Made by a program: the position numbers and the translations under genes. A DNA stretch of 64,000 nt from Bugula neritina (Eukaryota > Animalia > Bryozoa): contig OZ037766.1 in the NCBI GenBank assembly GCA_964035545.1, forward strand, positions 8,856,722 through 8,920,721, given 5' to 3'. The notes below the pieces were generated by a model. The model was not told the DNA's origin. It saw only the letters and a list, made by a program, of their open reading frames with translations, and searched no databases. This document shows positions 14,901-27,280 of this stretch, in pieces (positions within the stretch are counted from its first letter, which is position 1; each line of letters opens with the position of its first letter).

Positions 14901-15599
14901 CCACCGCTCTAAAATTCAACACAGTAGTGATGCACCATAACATAGCAGTTGGATTAGTGATAAGATACAGCTGGAAAGCGTGCAGAAATACTTTGTTACA
15001 TTAATTGTGAAAACTTGTGCAAAATATAAAATATTCCCCAAACCAGTAGAAGGTCTGAACTGAGACTAATTAAAAGAATTTTTTCCATTGCATATTTTGT
15101 ACTTTTGGTCATAGCACACTTTCCCTCCTTTGCTGATGCAAATATCTAAATTTTAGGTAAAATTCTCTTGAAATTTTATTATTTGCACATTGGCAAATCT
15201 TAACAGCTGGTAATTCCTCAACCATTAAAATATATGAGTTTCTACAGTTTTAAAGTAACTGATAACATATAAACAATAGACATAAAAACAGTCAAACTAC
15301 GATTTTTTATAGTCATTTGATAGCACTTACATGATATAGTAACCAACCATCTCCTTTGTGAAAATTACTTCTATTCCAATACCCCATAACACTGAAATAC
15401 AAAAGTTCTTTACTCGTCAGAAGATATTTTATAGATATTCAACAAAAATTATGTACACAGAATCAGTTTCCACATCTTTTCAATATCTTGATACTGAGAA
15501 ATATAATATCATACCTAAAGCTGTGGCTATTCCCCAGATTCTGCAGAACCACACAAAGTACTCGATACAGCCCTGTTTGGTCTGTTCACTGAGAGCCAT
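11985..15599 (-). CDS. TMEM72: TMEM72-like multi-pass membrane protein (~212 aa). Exons 15515-15599, 15331-15391, 14837-14908, 13731-13879, 12937-13048, 11985-12144
   Basis: Spliced product MALSEQTKQGCIEYFVWFCRIWGIATALVLWGIGIEV...YYIIAVAIVMSVFETVFLVHYLI...WRKALLYLLLSVFCLIH...WLSVIAGTMVLMSALFYFLKS. It has four hydrophobic segments and a motif layout resembling TMEM72 (CRxxGIxTA, KxLxYLLLSV). All introns are GT-AG and in phase. Missed by the ORF track because the exons are short. Confidence 0.75.
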
Positions 15600-16531
15600 T
15601 TTGTAAACACTGTCTAAACCAGATTGTTTAATTAAAACACAATGGGCCTGCCTGCCTTATATGTGACACACCATCACTGCCAATTCACCTGCAAACACAT
15701 CAATAATTACTTACTGACTGATTGATTATATAAATTAAATAATAGTATAAATATACATTTGTTGACTTATTGAAGCATGTAAAAAAAAGCAACATAGTTA
15801 TCATGTTTTGTAATAACCTAAAGTCATGTTGTAGTGCAATAGCTTATATCAAAGATGGCCTAATGTTGCGATGGTTGTGTAGCCTGTGATAATGGTGCCT
15901 GTGTCTATTTCGTTTTCAAACCTATATAAATTGAGGTACACACTGTATTGTGATGGAAACAAAGGTAACAAGGCTAAACTCAATCAGCTAGTTATATTTA
16001 AACTCATGGTCCAAAGTTATAACACCAAGTACTAAGGAGGTTAATGCTTATACTTAGTCTGAAACTGTTAAAATAAACATACAAAATTACCAATAAATCA
16101 AATAAAGTTGACTTAAATTTTGGTAAGCATAAATTTTTACTTTATTTTGAAGCAATGACCATGATAATAATGAACACAGTTTACTTTCAGCTTTTCAGCT
16201 ACATTTATGACTAACAATAAATATAAAATGACATTACCTTAATTCAAAGCTTACTAGCACTAGTAGTTCTACTAAAGCTGCAACTACTACCACTAGTACC
16301 ACTAAAACTACTACCAATTATATTGAGAAATATCAGTGATGAGTACGAGTTATTGCAAAAACCAAAAATATTACATTAACTGTCTCATTGCATTTTTATT
16401 TACTTTTAATAATGTGCAATTGCATTTACTTTTAGTTTTACTAAATTACTAACTAATAAAAAAGTTAATTAATTTTACTATATCAAATACAGTATCAATT
16501 TGATACTGTGTTTGGTACAGTAAATTTAATT

Positions 16532-17521
16532 CACTAACACCAACAATAAGAGCAACACTAAGCGTAGGGCCACACAGGGCGTACTTTTGCGGTAAAAAAA
16601 TTTGCACCACAAATAGAAAAAGGTGTCCACTGTACACTAATTACACTTGTTGACAATACTGAATCACCCCTCATTCACACTTTGCTGTACCGTACGACTT
16701 GACAGCAAAAACAAACGGTTCGTCAACATGAGTTCACACACTGAAAAAAAGTACAATGCATGACGTTGAGCTGTGACCAATCACCATTAAGCTAATTCTT
16801 GTCTGCCATGAGCTGTAAGCTTTTGGATATTATTTACATATTTGTCGCCACATTCTTCTCAAAAGATGTGATATAAATGTGATTGACTAGATAAAAACAA
16901 CTAAAAGAAGAAAACTCTCTTTTAAATATATGTGTCCTTTAAGTAATTATGCAAACTAATTTGGTTTGTGTGTTTTATGTAATTAGTAAAAACTAGATTT
17001 TTAGGCTAGGCTTAATTTAAACGAGCTGGATAAAGATTTTTTTCAATCTCACGAAATTATGGAGTTAAATAAATTAAATCAACAATAAGCAATTAAAATA
17101 AACCAGCAGGAAATATTCTTTAAATTTCAGTACCATAGTAACTCTGCCCAATAAGAGCCTGGCGCGATTTTTTGAATAAAGCAGGGTTTGATCAACACAG
17201 CAACGTATATCGGGGTACGATTGAGCCTGGATGGGAACAAAAATGTCTGACATTTGCTGTTATGGCGTATGGTACGGCAAAGTGTCATTCAGCATTCTCA
17301 ATGCGTGTAATTTGTAGCACTAAAGAAACGTGGGCTCGCTAAATAACCAAGCTAATTAAGTAACGACGGCAGAAAATATTCGCACTTGTCATTCAGCAAT
17401 CTCGATGCATGAAATTTGTATACAGTGGACACTTTTTCTACTTGTGGTGCGAATTTTCCTCTTTGAAAATACGCACCGTGGGGCCCTACGCTTAGTGTTG
17501 CTCTTATTGTAGGTGTTAGTG
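16532..17521. mobile_element. Non-autonomous long-TIR DNA transposon (MITE family with GTAGGGCCACAC-type ends), copy 1
   Basis: CACTAACACCAACAATAAGAGCAACACTAAGCGTAGGGCC...GTGTCCACTGTA on the left is mirrored by TACAGTGGACAC...GGCCCTACGCTTAGTGTTGCTCTTATTGTAGGTGTTAGTG on the right (~100-bp imperfect IR). Confidence 0.8.
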
Positions 17522-17972
17522 TAGGGCCACACGACGCAGGGTTCCTTCATGCTGGTTCAAACTTTTGAAAACCCTTTCCGATAACGACCTGGTACACACA
17601 ATGCGTGTGTTGTGGGTGCGGAAATTTATTAGCTAATGATGTTGAAGTTTAATTTTACTGCTCGCCTACAGAGGTTTGTTTTTAAATCTGCGTCACTGGC
17701 AAAGTGACTTTAGATATTATAAAAGCAAAAATCTGAACTACAAAAAACTGTTTTAATTCAGTTTGCTAAAAACTAAAATGCGAATTGAAATAAAAAGTGT
17801 GCTCGCTAAATGGTAATTAGCCAATTAGATCAAACTCGCACAAGCTTTCTGCCCTTCTCGCTCAGCATGCTACTCACATGAAAACCCGCACACAACAGCC
17901 AACTTCTGGGCTGGACGAGTTCCCACATCTTGCCCGCGAGGGGTAACCCGCGTCGTGTAGCCCTACGCTTAG
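17517..17972. mobile_element. MITE of the same terminal family, abutting copy 1
   Basis: GTAGGGCCACACGACGCAGGGTT at the left; AACCCGCGTCGTGTAGCCCTACGCTTAG at the right. Confidence 0.7.
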
Positions 17973-19711
17973 AGTTAGTGAGTGGCACTCACTTTAGTAT
18001 CACTATGACCATCATCAGCAGTGACTGCAAGAATATTATCATTGTCATTGTGATTGTCATAACCATCACAATTAATTGATAATTCATTATGATTATGATT
18101 ATCAATATGATAATACCATTATTATTAATAATATTATTATTAATAACCATTATGATTATATTTATTGATTATTTATTCTTTAAATTATCATTATACCCAT
18201 TAAATTATCATTATCATTATGATTATGCCTTATGTTATAGTTTAAGTTATGGTAGCCTATTGATAATCATAAATTGATACTGATTTATAATAAAAATAGT
18301 AATCATAATGATTCTTTGATTAATACTGATATTTCTAATCATTTAAATTATTCATATCCATATTAATAATAATAATATTAATATTAATTATTTCAATTTG
18401 AAATTTATTATTTTATAATTCTATTTTCGCTAAAAGAAAAACTGAGAGTAAACCTGTGTAACACTAACACTGTAACAGCAATACCATATTCAAATTAAAC
18501 ACTTGTGGCCTTGTACTTAAACAGATGATCTAAAACTACAAAAACTTCTAGAAACCAAAATAATAAATAAAATAGTTAAAAACTATAGACATAGTGATAG
18601 TCACATAGTCATTGTGTTTGCTTTAATTTTTAGGGCAGCGAGTTAGACCATGCCTGAATCTAGGACCACATATTCTGCTTGAGTGGTCTCGTAAATAACA
18701 TTACCTGCATGCTAGCACCGATTTGGCGAGTTGCATGAGAAATAGCAACACTGGAGTTGCCTTTTAACATTTGAGCGTCGTTTTGACGACCAGCTACGAT
18801 CCAATGAGGCGCCCATAAAGAACCAAATGCAATAAATAGATAACTCAAAGGTGCATCATTTGCATGAAAATATTTTTTGTCGACTGATCTAGTAGCAGTG
18901 AAAAAATAATATTATACTCAAATGCGTGCTGAACTGATATTGAAAATTCCGAAGATGTCGAAACTAAATGGTTACTAAGCTGTTTTTAGCATTTCAGTAT
19001 TTTTAGTGATGATTTTTTTGAGTATGTGTTGTGCTCTTTTTGATATAACATATAATTTATGAACTGTGTTGACTTGACCCTAGAAAACTTTGTGTGTGTT
19101 GAAGTTAAATTGCATGTGTTCTTGTAATAAAGACACCAACTATAAAAGACATCAATAATGTAGCCTATAGTAGCCTAACAGAAAGAATACTATTGCTGCT
19201 GCTGCCACCACTAGAAGCTGTCACAAAACCTGAAGCTGGTATCAGGGATACTAAAACAAAATCATGAAATAATAATGTTGACGCTAAACCAAATTGCAAG
19301 CAATGTAATATTGAGAATCTACAACCATGAAGACTGAATGGCTACTGATACCTCCACTTAAAACTTATATTGTGCAATTTGAATGCAAGTTTATACAGCA
19401 AATATAATTATGTAGATTGTATTATTTATACATGTATTATAATATATTAAAACCTTATGCACCATATCATGTACTACTTTGCATTATTGCATTATCTTGG
19501 AGTCATCTTACCATAGTTGTATAACTATAACTACTATATTAAATGGCCATTATGCTGTTTGTTTACATGAGGAGCTGCACAATAATAAGTATAAACTAGC
19601 AACATGGGTAAAAAACAGTTAGTGATTGAATTATATGTGGAACTCGCCATTGACATATTTAAGGTGCGTCTATACCTTCGCTGAAAAGAAGTGCTGGGGG
19701 AGGGGGGGGGG

Positions 19712-20480
19712 TGTAATAGTTTTATGTGTGGAATGTTATAATTCGCTGCATGTAATTATTGGTGTGGGTTGTTAGGTGATGGAACACAGTGACTCTTTGT
19801 TGAGAGTATTTAGAACACAGTGACTCTTTGTGGAGAGTATTTATTTACAAATAAATAAGAAGGTTTATACTCACTATCCTTTATTGCACTCCAAAATATA
19901 TATATCCAAAAATAGGAAGAAAGTTAGAGAGGATAACTCCTTACATCATGTGGAAAACTATTAGTAACTATTATTCAAGGTATAAAGTAATTAACTATAC
20001 ACTAAGTATACAAATGTCCTGGCTTGGTAGCTCCAAGTTGTGTCTTCATCTGATGCTGGCAGTAGACTGAATTCACTGGTTTGAGGGCTTCCTTTTATAT
20101 GTTTGGATGTGACTAGTCTAGAAAGTTCCATGCGAATTCGAGGGAGTTCGCTCGGATCGCAGGGGATTCGCAGGGTAATAACAAAAGGTTCGCAGGAATT
20201 CGCTCGATTCGAGCGAACTTCGAGGGGAAATCCCAGTCATCTTTATTATGTAAGCAGTCCTATGCGTAGCTAGGAACAATAGCTAATCCAGTCAGTACTA
20301 TAATAACATGTAGCTAGGAACAATAACTAATCCAGTCATTACCATCATGACACCTAGCTGTTAATGGACTGGGGCTATGCAGCTGATACATTTAAGAAAA
20401 ACACCCATTCCATGGGAATGAAAGAAATACTAGTAAGGAATACACGCAACAATTATTGAAAAATACACAATTTTACCACA
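19712..20480 (-). mobile_element. LTR-like remnant (possible solo LTR), boundaries uncertain
   Basis: TG...CA-bounded segment with minus-strand TATAAAAGG (20099-20091), downstream AATAAA signals, internal tandem duplications (~31 bp at 19782-19843, ~42 bp at 20267-20345) and a TTCG-repeat CpG-rich block. No TSD found. Confidence 0.4.
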
Positions 20481-20757
20481 GTATTACTTATACTAGCTTC
20501 ATTTAGGAGCAGCAGTGGAGAAATTGAGATAGGCTAAGTTTTTAAATTCTATTGTTAAATTTTGGTTTAGGTAGCGAGTTGAAAGTCTCGAGAGAACATA
20601 ACTTTTATGCTATTCCTATTTCTAATCTAGAACAGAGGCTTTTCTCAATTTCTCCATTATTGCACCCACTGAACTGAAACTATAACCGATTATAGTTCAA
20701 TGATTGCACCTACCTCAAATAATGAAAGTAGGAATATTATCATGCTTGGCAGCTCAC

Positions 20758-20850
20758 CTCTTTCTCTTCTGTGTTCATGGTTTCAGATTAGAACAATAGT
20801 ATTTAGAGAGCTGGTATATAAACTCCAAGTGATCAATAAAGGATCTGTCA
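20758..20850 (-). other. Probable non-coding leader exon of the TMEM72-like gene, splicing to the acceptor before 15688
   Basis: Strong donor GAG|GTGAG at 20757. The exon starting at 15688 carries 5'-UTR sequence before its ATG and needs an upstream exon. The upstream boundary is a guess. Confidence 0.45.
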
Positions 20851-21972
20851 GCTACTAAATAGTTCTTTGCTGATGCTACGAAAATATTATGCTACTAGCA
20901 AAGCCATAGCAATGTCACTAACTGATTTGCAGAAGCTATGGATGACACCAATGCTTGTTGTCAGGATGAAAATAAAACTTTGATCTATTAAAACCCGGGC
21001 ATAGTGTTTAATAAGCATTAAAGTTAGCCTTGTTTTCTGCATGCAGAACGCAGTTTGGGGGTGAGGTTTGACTACCTAAACATGTCATCGCAAATGGAAT
21101 ATTTTATTAGGCCCTAGGGTGAAGTTTTCACCTTTAACCCTGTAACCACTGAGCTAGAAATAACAATGGTCTTTTCCAGTCCAGTTCCTTTACCTATTTC
21201 CAGCATAATTAATTTCTATTTAGAGAGAAAAAGCACTTACAGTAAAAAAGCATTACAATTTTACAAAATTTACCCCTAGGCCGTAACGAAAAATATCAGC
21301 AATTTTTACAAATATTGATCTATAGGCTATATTGATCTATAATGTTTTATGTGATGATCCACAAATAATAAGTCGCATAACTGAACTTTCATAACTATTA
21401 CTTTAAGTGTATCTATGAGCTATGACTGTACTACAGGTTGGAGATCACAATATTATAATAGCTCTAATGATTTGCTCAAGAATAGCAAATTATTTGTAAG
21501 AAATTTGCTCACTTAAAACTAAGTAGGCCTACTATTCTTTGACGAAATAATATTTTAATACCAGTTATCTTGTAAAAGCCAATCGTTATAGTAAAAATCG
21601 ATGTATTGAAGTATACTTGGTAGCAACAGTTAATTCTCAATAATAGAAATATAATTATTGTATTTTAGCAAAGCATTGATGTGTTATGCAGAACTTGTTA
21701 TTTTGACTAAAAGTAAAGTTATGTATTAGGTTATCAGCTAGTCAAGTTCGACAGCCTTTTAACTAACTAGTCAAAACATTTACACAAAATTATGCATTAA
21801 TTTTTTGACTAGCAATCAGTATGGTATGAAAGTTTAATTTCATAATGCTTCGACTTCTTTGTAACTAAATGCAACGTCTTAAAATAATACAGAATCTTTG
21901 GAAACATGTTATACAGACTTAGAAAGAAGCATAGGAACAAGCTAAGAAGCAGTCATGTGAAGACAAAGTGGA

Positions 21973-24900
21973 TTAGATGTGCACTTCACTAAGAAGAGGC
22001 TTTCCTTCAACAAATGCCTTCATATTATCTATTGAAAGCTGCAGCATTTTTCCTCTTGTCTAAAAAAAACAAAATATGCTATGCAACTTTCATACCAGCA
22101 CCTTTAAAAGATTTTCTCACTTAATATTGGCAAGTTAAATTTGACATGAACATTGCAGAAACTTTCAAATATTTCAATTTGTATGCTAGAAATTTTTTTC
22201 AAAATAATTTCATACAATTAGAGGTCTGAAAAACAACAGCAAGCAATTTCAGTTTTTGTTTTGTAAAATTTGATACACACAGATTTTCAACTACAGTCCA
22301 AGTGTTACGGAACTTATCACTGTGATGTGACTACGTGATGTGACCACGTGGTGTGACAATGTTACAGTCCAACCAACAGATGGAACCTCTAGCTGCACAT
22401 ACTCAATGCTACGTTATGCTATGTGAAGTTATGAACACTTGATACAATGTATTGGCTCATAATAATACTATATATATCATCATCAACCAGCAATAGCTGA
22501 CCTATAAAACTTATTACATCATAATTGTGACTGTCATAGTTATAATTTATAATGACCACAAATAATCTAACCAACAATTATTACACTCTACAGTCTACAA
22601 TCTATCTTGAAAATTGCACTCATATAGCTAGTAATAGCAGTAACAGTGGCAGCAGCAGCAGCTAATTTACAGTCTAATCTATATGAATTTTTATTAGCTG
22701 GTCAGTGTTGAAAGTATAACTATCCCCAATATTACAAAAAAACTTTCAATTTTATGGTTATTAAGTTCATTGTTTTTACTATAATATGTTGCAAAATAAT
22801 TTCTGTTGCAAAATGTGGCTTTGGAATAAAACTTGCACCAGTGACAACAGGAACCAAGTTCAATTACATCCCCCTTCCCCCCCCCCTCCCGGAGGATTAC
22901 CTGCACGGTGGCGGAGGCCCAATGAGGTGTCACCAACACATTTTCCAGTTGAAGAAGGGGGTGGTCATGAGGCAAGGGTTCAGGGTCTGTCACATCCAGA
23001 CCTGCTGCAGCTATCTTCTTAGATTTGAGTGCATCAACTAGACTTTCAGTGTGCACAACTGCCCCTATAATATACAATCAACTGCCTCTATAATATACAA
23101 AGAACTACCCTACAATATACAAACAACTGTCCTTACAATATGCAAAACACATTATGGATTAGGGAAATTATAAAATCAGGCAAATAGTATTTGCAATATA
23201 CAAAAGGTTACACTATATATATACAGTATGTATCTTGTAAAATTTCTTCTACACTATCTGACTTTCATGCAAGATTGGAAAAACCCCACTACTCTATATA
23301 AATTGGGAAGTGTAAAAAAATACACAATTAAATTTTGTTAAAAACAGTTTTAATATTATTTAATATGATTTATTCATTTATATTTATATTATTTAATATA
23401 TATCAATATATAATATTTTTCATTGTATCTTGGGGCTATCAAATATTTTTCAGGTAATATATGGAAATTTTATCTTCAACTCAGGCAACCATTGAACTGT
23501 ATATGTATGATGAGCTGGTGGTGGAAACCTGATAAATTCTGTTTTAGAAGCTTGGAAACACTGTGGCACAATATTTTACTCTTCTAAATGTTTTTGCAGA
23601 ATATATTGTTTCAACTTTAGAGGGAAATTGGTATATGAAATCCTTATCAAGGTTATAGAAACTAAACTTGGGTCATTTTACTTAATTTAGTACACATTGG
23701 AAATCTCCAGTTTTTAGCTATTTTTCACAATTTAGCTGCTAATGTATATGGGTTTTTGCCCAAAATTAGTAATATATCAATAAATACATCTAAATAATCA
23801 AGGTTACTCTTAATTTTGCTTGATTTGCCATGCTTTTCCTATTTATTCAGCCAATTTGAATTGCGGACCGTTACGAAAAAAACCATAACGGCCCGCAATT
23901 GAAAGTAGCTGAATAATTAGGAAAAAACATGGGGAATCAAGCAAAATAAAAAAGAACTTTGATTATTTATGTGTATTTATTGCTATTTTACTAGTTTTGG
24001 GCAAAAACCCATGTTCATTAGCAGCTAAATTGTAAAGAAATAGCTAAAAACTGAAGATTCCCAGTGTGTACTAAGTTAAGTAAAATGACCCACTTAGTGA
24101 TTTTACACTATGTAGTTTACAATGTAGTGCAAGAATAATTTGAGCGTAGAGTACGTTAACAGCTTATATAACTTACAAACAAAATAGGGTTGAGTGATGG
24201 ATGATCAAAAGGTATAGTATAGTATATTTTTATTTTACCAAAACGAGGCAGTACAGTTGTCTACCCTTTTCAAGTTTTGCACTTGCTATAATATGTTTAA
24301 GTACATTATATTCAAAATTACTCACTCCTAGTCCATCTACACTCTGCAGTTTACACTATCAACCATGTCACTTAATTACATAAACTAACCTCTTGCCACG
24401 TTGATTAAATGGGCCGTCGGCTTCATGATATCAAAATGTTGGGAAGTGAATAGACTTTTAGTCTCGGCTGTCAGAGGGCAGCTAATGATAACAAAGTCAC
24501 AAAGTGGCAGCATTTCTAATAGATCAGAGTAATATTTTGCTCCCACTGCTTCTTCATCGGCTCTAAAGGAAAACATTGACTTGCAGCATAAATTGTACAC
24601 AGGTTAGACACTAGCTTATTGGGTATCAAATGTTCAACAATTTTATTTTCCAAGCTGATGAAACTATTTAAGGTTGAGATAACTAAATAAAGATATTAAT
24701 GACATGTTTATAAAAATAGGGTGTCACAAAATATAACATCATAATTATGAAAGTTTTTAAATTTTAAATATGTCAACATGATGGTTGAAGACAAAAAGAG
24801 GCATTTGCTTTCAAAATGTTCCAGCTGTTATAAACAGTATAACATTTCAAACTATTTCAAATAGTTGAAGATAAATTGTTTTATAGCAAAATTATACCTT

Positions 24901-25722
24901 TGGTTTCTGTTGTGATACAGTATAGTCATGTTGAAAGCTTTAGCCCGTTGAGCTACTTTCATACCTATGGATCCCATGCCAACAATTCCAAGTGTGGAAA
25001 AGCTGATTTCTTGCCCAAGATGCAAACTTTTAAACAGCTGATTTTTTTCTTGCAGAGTTTTTTTCATTGCCCATTCAAGGCCTTGTATATATGAAACATA
25101 GAAAGATTATATCACACATATGGAGAAAAAATGCCAGTTTGTTAGTACATTTAGTATTAAAACTCAATAATAATATGTTAACTGTTTTGGCCATTAGTAC
25201 TGGATGGTTGATAGAATATACTGGATAAATAATGTATGAGCTGGTGAACAAAAGCACTAGTTAACACAATGAAAACAGCAAAAAAGCTGAACATTGAAAG
25301 GGGCACATATCATTCTGAATGGTTACCTCACCTGTACCAAGTTGGCGGCCAGAAGCCAACATAAGTGCCATGGCCATATCAGCTGTTGCATCACTCAATA
25401 CACCTGGTGTGTTAGTTAGACGGAGACCAAGTTGCTTCATTCGGCTGAAGGGCATGTGGTCTACACCAACACCATTGTTACACACTAAATGCAATGCTGG
25501 TAGCAACCCTTCTTCTTTTCGATTAAATATCTGTAACTTGAGTGGATCATGGACATAAAACAGAGCAGCAGTTATTTCAGTGCCGAATCCAGGATTACTA
25601 ACTAAATCTTCATCTGAAACCACCTCAATCTGAGAATTTGCAATATCCATGAGCTCCTTGTACTCGGTACACAGAGAAGCTAATCCACCAGGAAGAAATA
25701 CTTTGGGCTTGACTTGAGACAT
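21973..25722 (-). CDS. Glyoxylate/hydroxypyruvate reductase-like D-2-hydroxyacid dehydrogenase (~332 aa). Exons 25332-25722, 24898-25081, 24390-24562, 22901-23064, 21973-22059
   Basis: Motifs [26 protein letters not shown], Rossmann [15 protein letters not shown] (Arg), [10 protein letters not shown] (Glu) and TPHWASAT (catalytic His). GT-AG introns with consistent phases. Confidence 0.92.
23057..23150. repeat. Tandem repeat, ~22-23 bp x4, containing a splice acceptor
   Basis: AACTGCCCCTATAATATACAATC / AACTGCCTCTATAATATACAAAG / AACTACCCTACAATATACAAAC / AACTGTCCTTACAATATGCAAAAC. Confidence 0.75.
23670..24091. mobile_element. Foldback (near-fully palindromic) non-autonomous element
   Basis: ~205-bp arms (GGGTCATTTTACTTAA...GCGGACCGTTA versus TAACGGCCCGC...TTAAGTAAAATGACCC) around a short A-rich loop. 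ACTT occurs directly on both sides and may be a 4-bp TSD. Confidence 0.85.
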
Positions 25723-25971
25723 AGTCACTTCCCACCAATGCAGCAGCAGTAAACAGCTATTATTCTTGCAGTTGCAAGTTCTACTTCAAAACTACACCTG
25801 GCTCATACACTTCTAAACTGAACTATTTCAACAGTCAGCCAAAGTAATCTGATATGCAAATAGGTCGAACTAGGATGACAAGGTCAAGTTAAAACCGGCT
25901 TCAATGCAAACTTATTGGCTAGATTAAAAATACGCAATGTATTAGCTTATCTTTAGCCACCAATATGCAGT

Positions 25972-26324
25972 ACTTAGCCTAGGGCCACACGGTGCGTATT
26001 TTCGCATGCGAAAATTGAAATCACAAGTAGCAAAGGTGTCCACTGTGCGCGTTGAGAAAACGTTCGCACTTGTCGCTCTGCATTTTCAACGCAAGTTCGA
26101 ATCGTCTCTGTCGTCGTCACCTAATTGGCTGGTAGTGGTTCAGCGAGCCCAATTTCTTTATTTAGTGCTATATTCCAGTAAATTGCGTTTTATTGAAAGC
26201 GAGTGCGATTTAAAAATGAAAGCTTTATTTATCACGCATCACTGACGCTACAGTGGACACCTTTGCTACTCGTGATTTTAATTTTCGCATGCGAAAATAC
26301 GCACAGTGTGGCCCTAGGCTAAGT
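25972..26324. mobile_element. MITE with ~75-bp TIRs, same AGGGCCACAC family as 16532-17972
   Basis: ACTTAGCCTAGGGCCACACGGTGCGTATTTTCGCATGCGAAAATT...GGTGTCCACTGT is mirrored by ACAGTGGACACC...AATTTTCGCATGCGAAAATACGCACAGTGTGGCCCTAGGCTAAGT. Confidence 0.88.
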
Positions 26325-27280
26325 GTAGGTCAGAGCCATCATTGCGATAGCAGACACGCAGACGATCTACATGCGAATGAAGATTCGATCAACTGTGAGA
26401 GAATGTTGCCAGTAGTAGCACTGAGTGAGAAGTGTCGGAGTACAGTGTTCGTATACGCATTGTTGTCCAAACTACAAAATAATTTATTTCTAACCACTGC
26501 ACTCAATCACCTCCAAGTGGGTGTGGCTTCAAGCGATTTTCATTCAAATAGCAAACAATAACCATTTAGTTTTACCAGAAAGCGCAGCTTAAAACAACAA
26601 GGAATAGTTCAAATTTGTTTATCAAAAAAGATATAGTAAGCCAATTAGAATAAGATATTTATGCAAAATCTGGCAAAAAACTAGCAACTGTGCCGAGCAA
26701 TGTAAATTAAATAACCTCACTGTACAATCCGACATAGGCTGATTATTCTATTCTAAAATAAATATTGCAAATTTCATTTGGAAGTGGTAAAGGCTATATC
26801 CAGCAATTGTAATTTATTCCAGTAATTGATCTTCATCGCCTAAGCCCTAATGTAGTGTATTTAAAGAATTTGGAATGGTAGACTAATGAAAGTTTCTGAT
26901 GGGTCTTGAAAGGAAATATTATTTGTAAAAATTTATTAGTCTATGTAATCATATAATTGTCAAGATTACAGCTTGTAGAATATGTAGGTTATTTCTGTAC
27001 ATTAAGAGCAATATAACATTATTTTCATAAAAATACTTATACTATATAATTCAGAGATCCTTGTTATAAAAAATTATTTAATATTATAGAAATGATATAT
27101 AATAGTTCTGTTAGATATCTAAAGCCATAATGTACTAAAATGCAAAAAACATACAAGGTTGTAAGATAGAATCGAGCAAAGTCTAAATAATCACTATTAT
27201 CGGGTTTTTTTTATAAAATTGACCAGAGCACACATAAATTGTGTCTATATGGGTGTTGTTTTCTACTACAGCTACCAGAG

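Noticed and set aside
18089-18277. Hydrophobic Ile-rich ORF (also 53297-53485 and 55151-55369)
   Set aside because: Low-complexity AT-rich sequence, not a credible membrane protein.
22869-22892. G-run next to a reductase splice donor (G-quadruplex candidate); similar run at 19696-19711
   Set aside because: Short homopolymer tracts with no further evidence of function.
26006-26561. ORFs of 79 and 102 aa
   Set aside because: They arise from the palindromic MITE at 25972-26324 and show no protein motifs.
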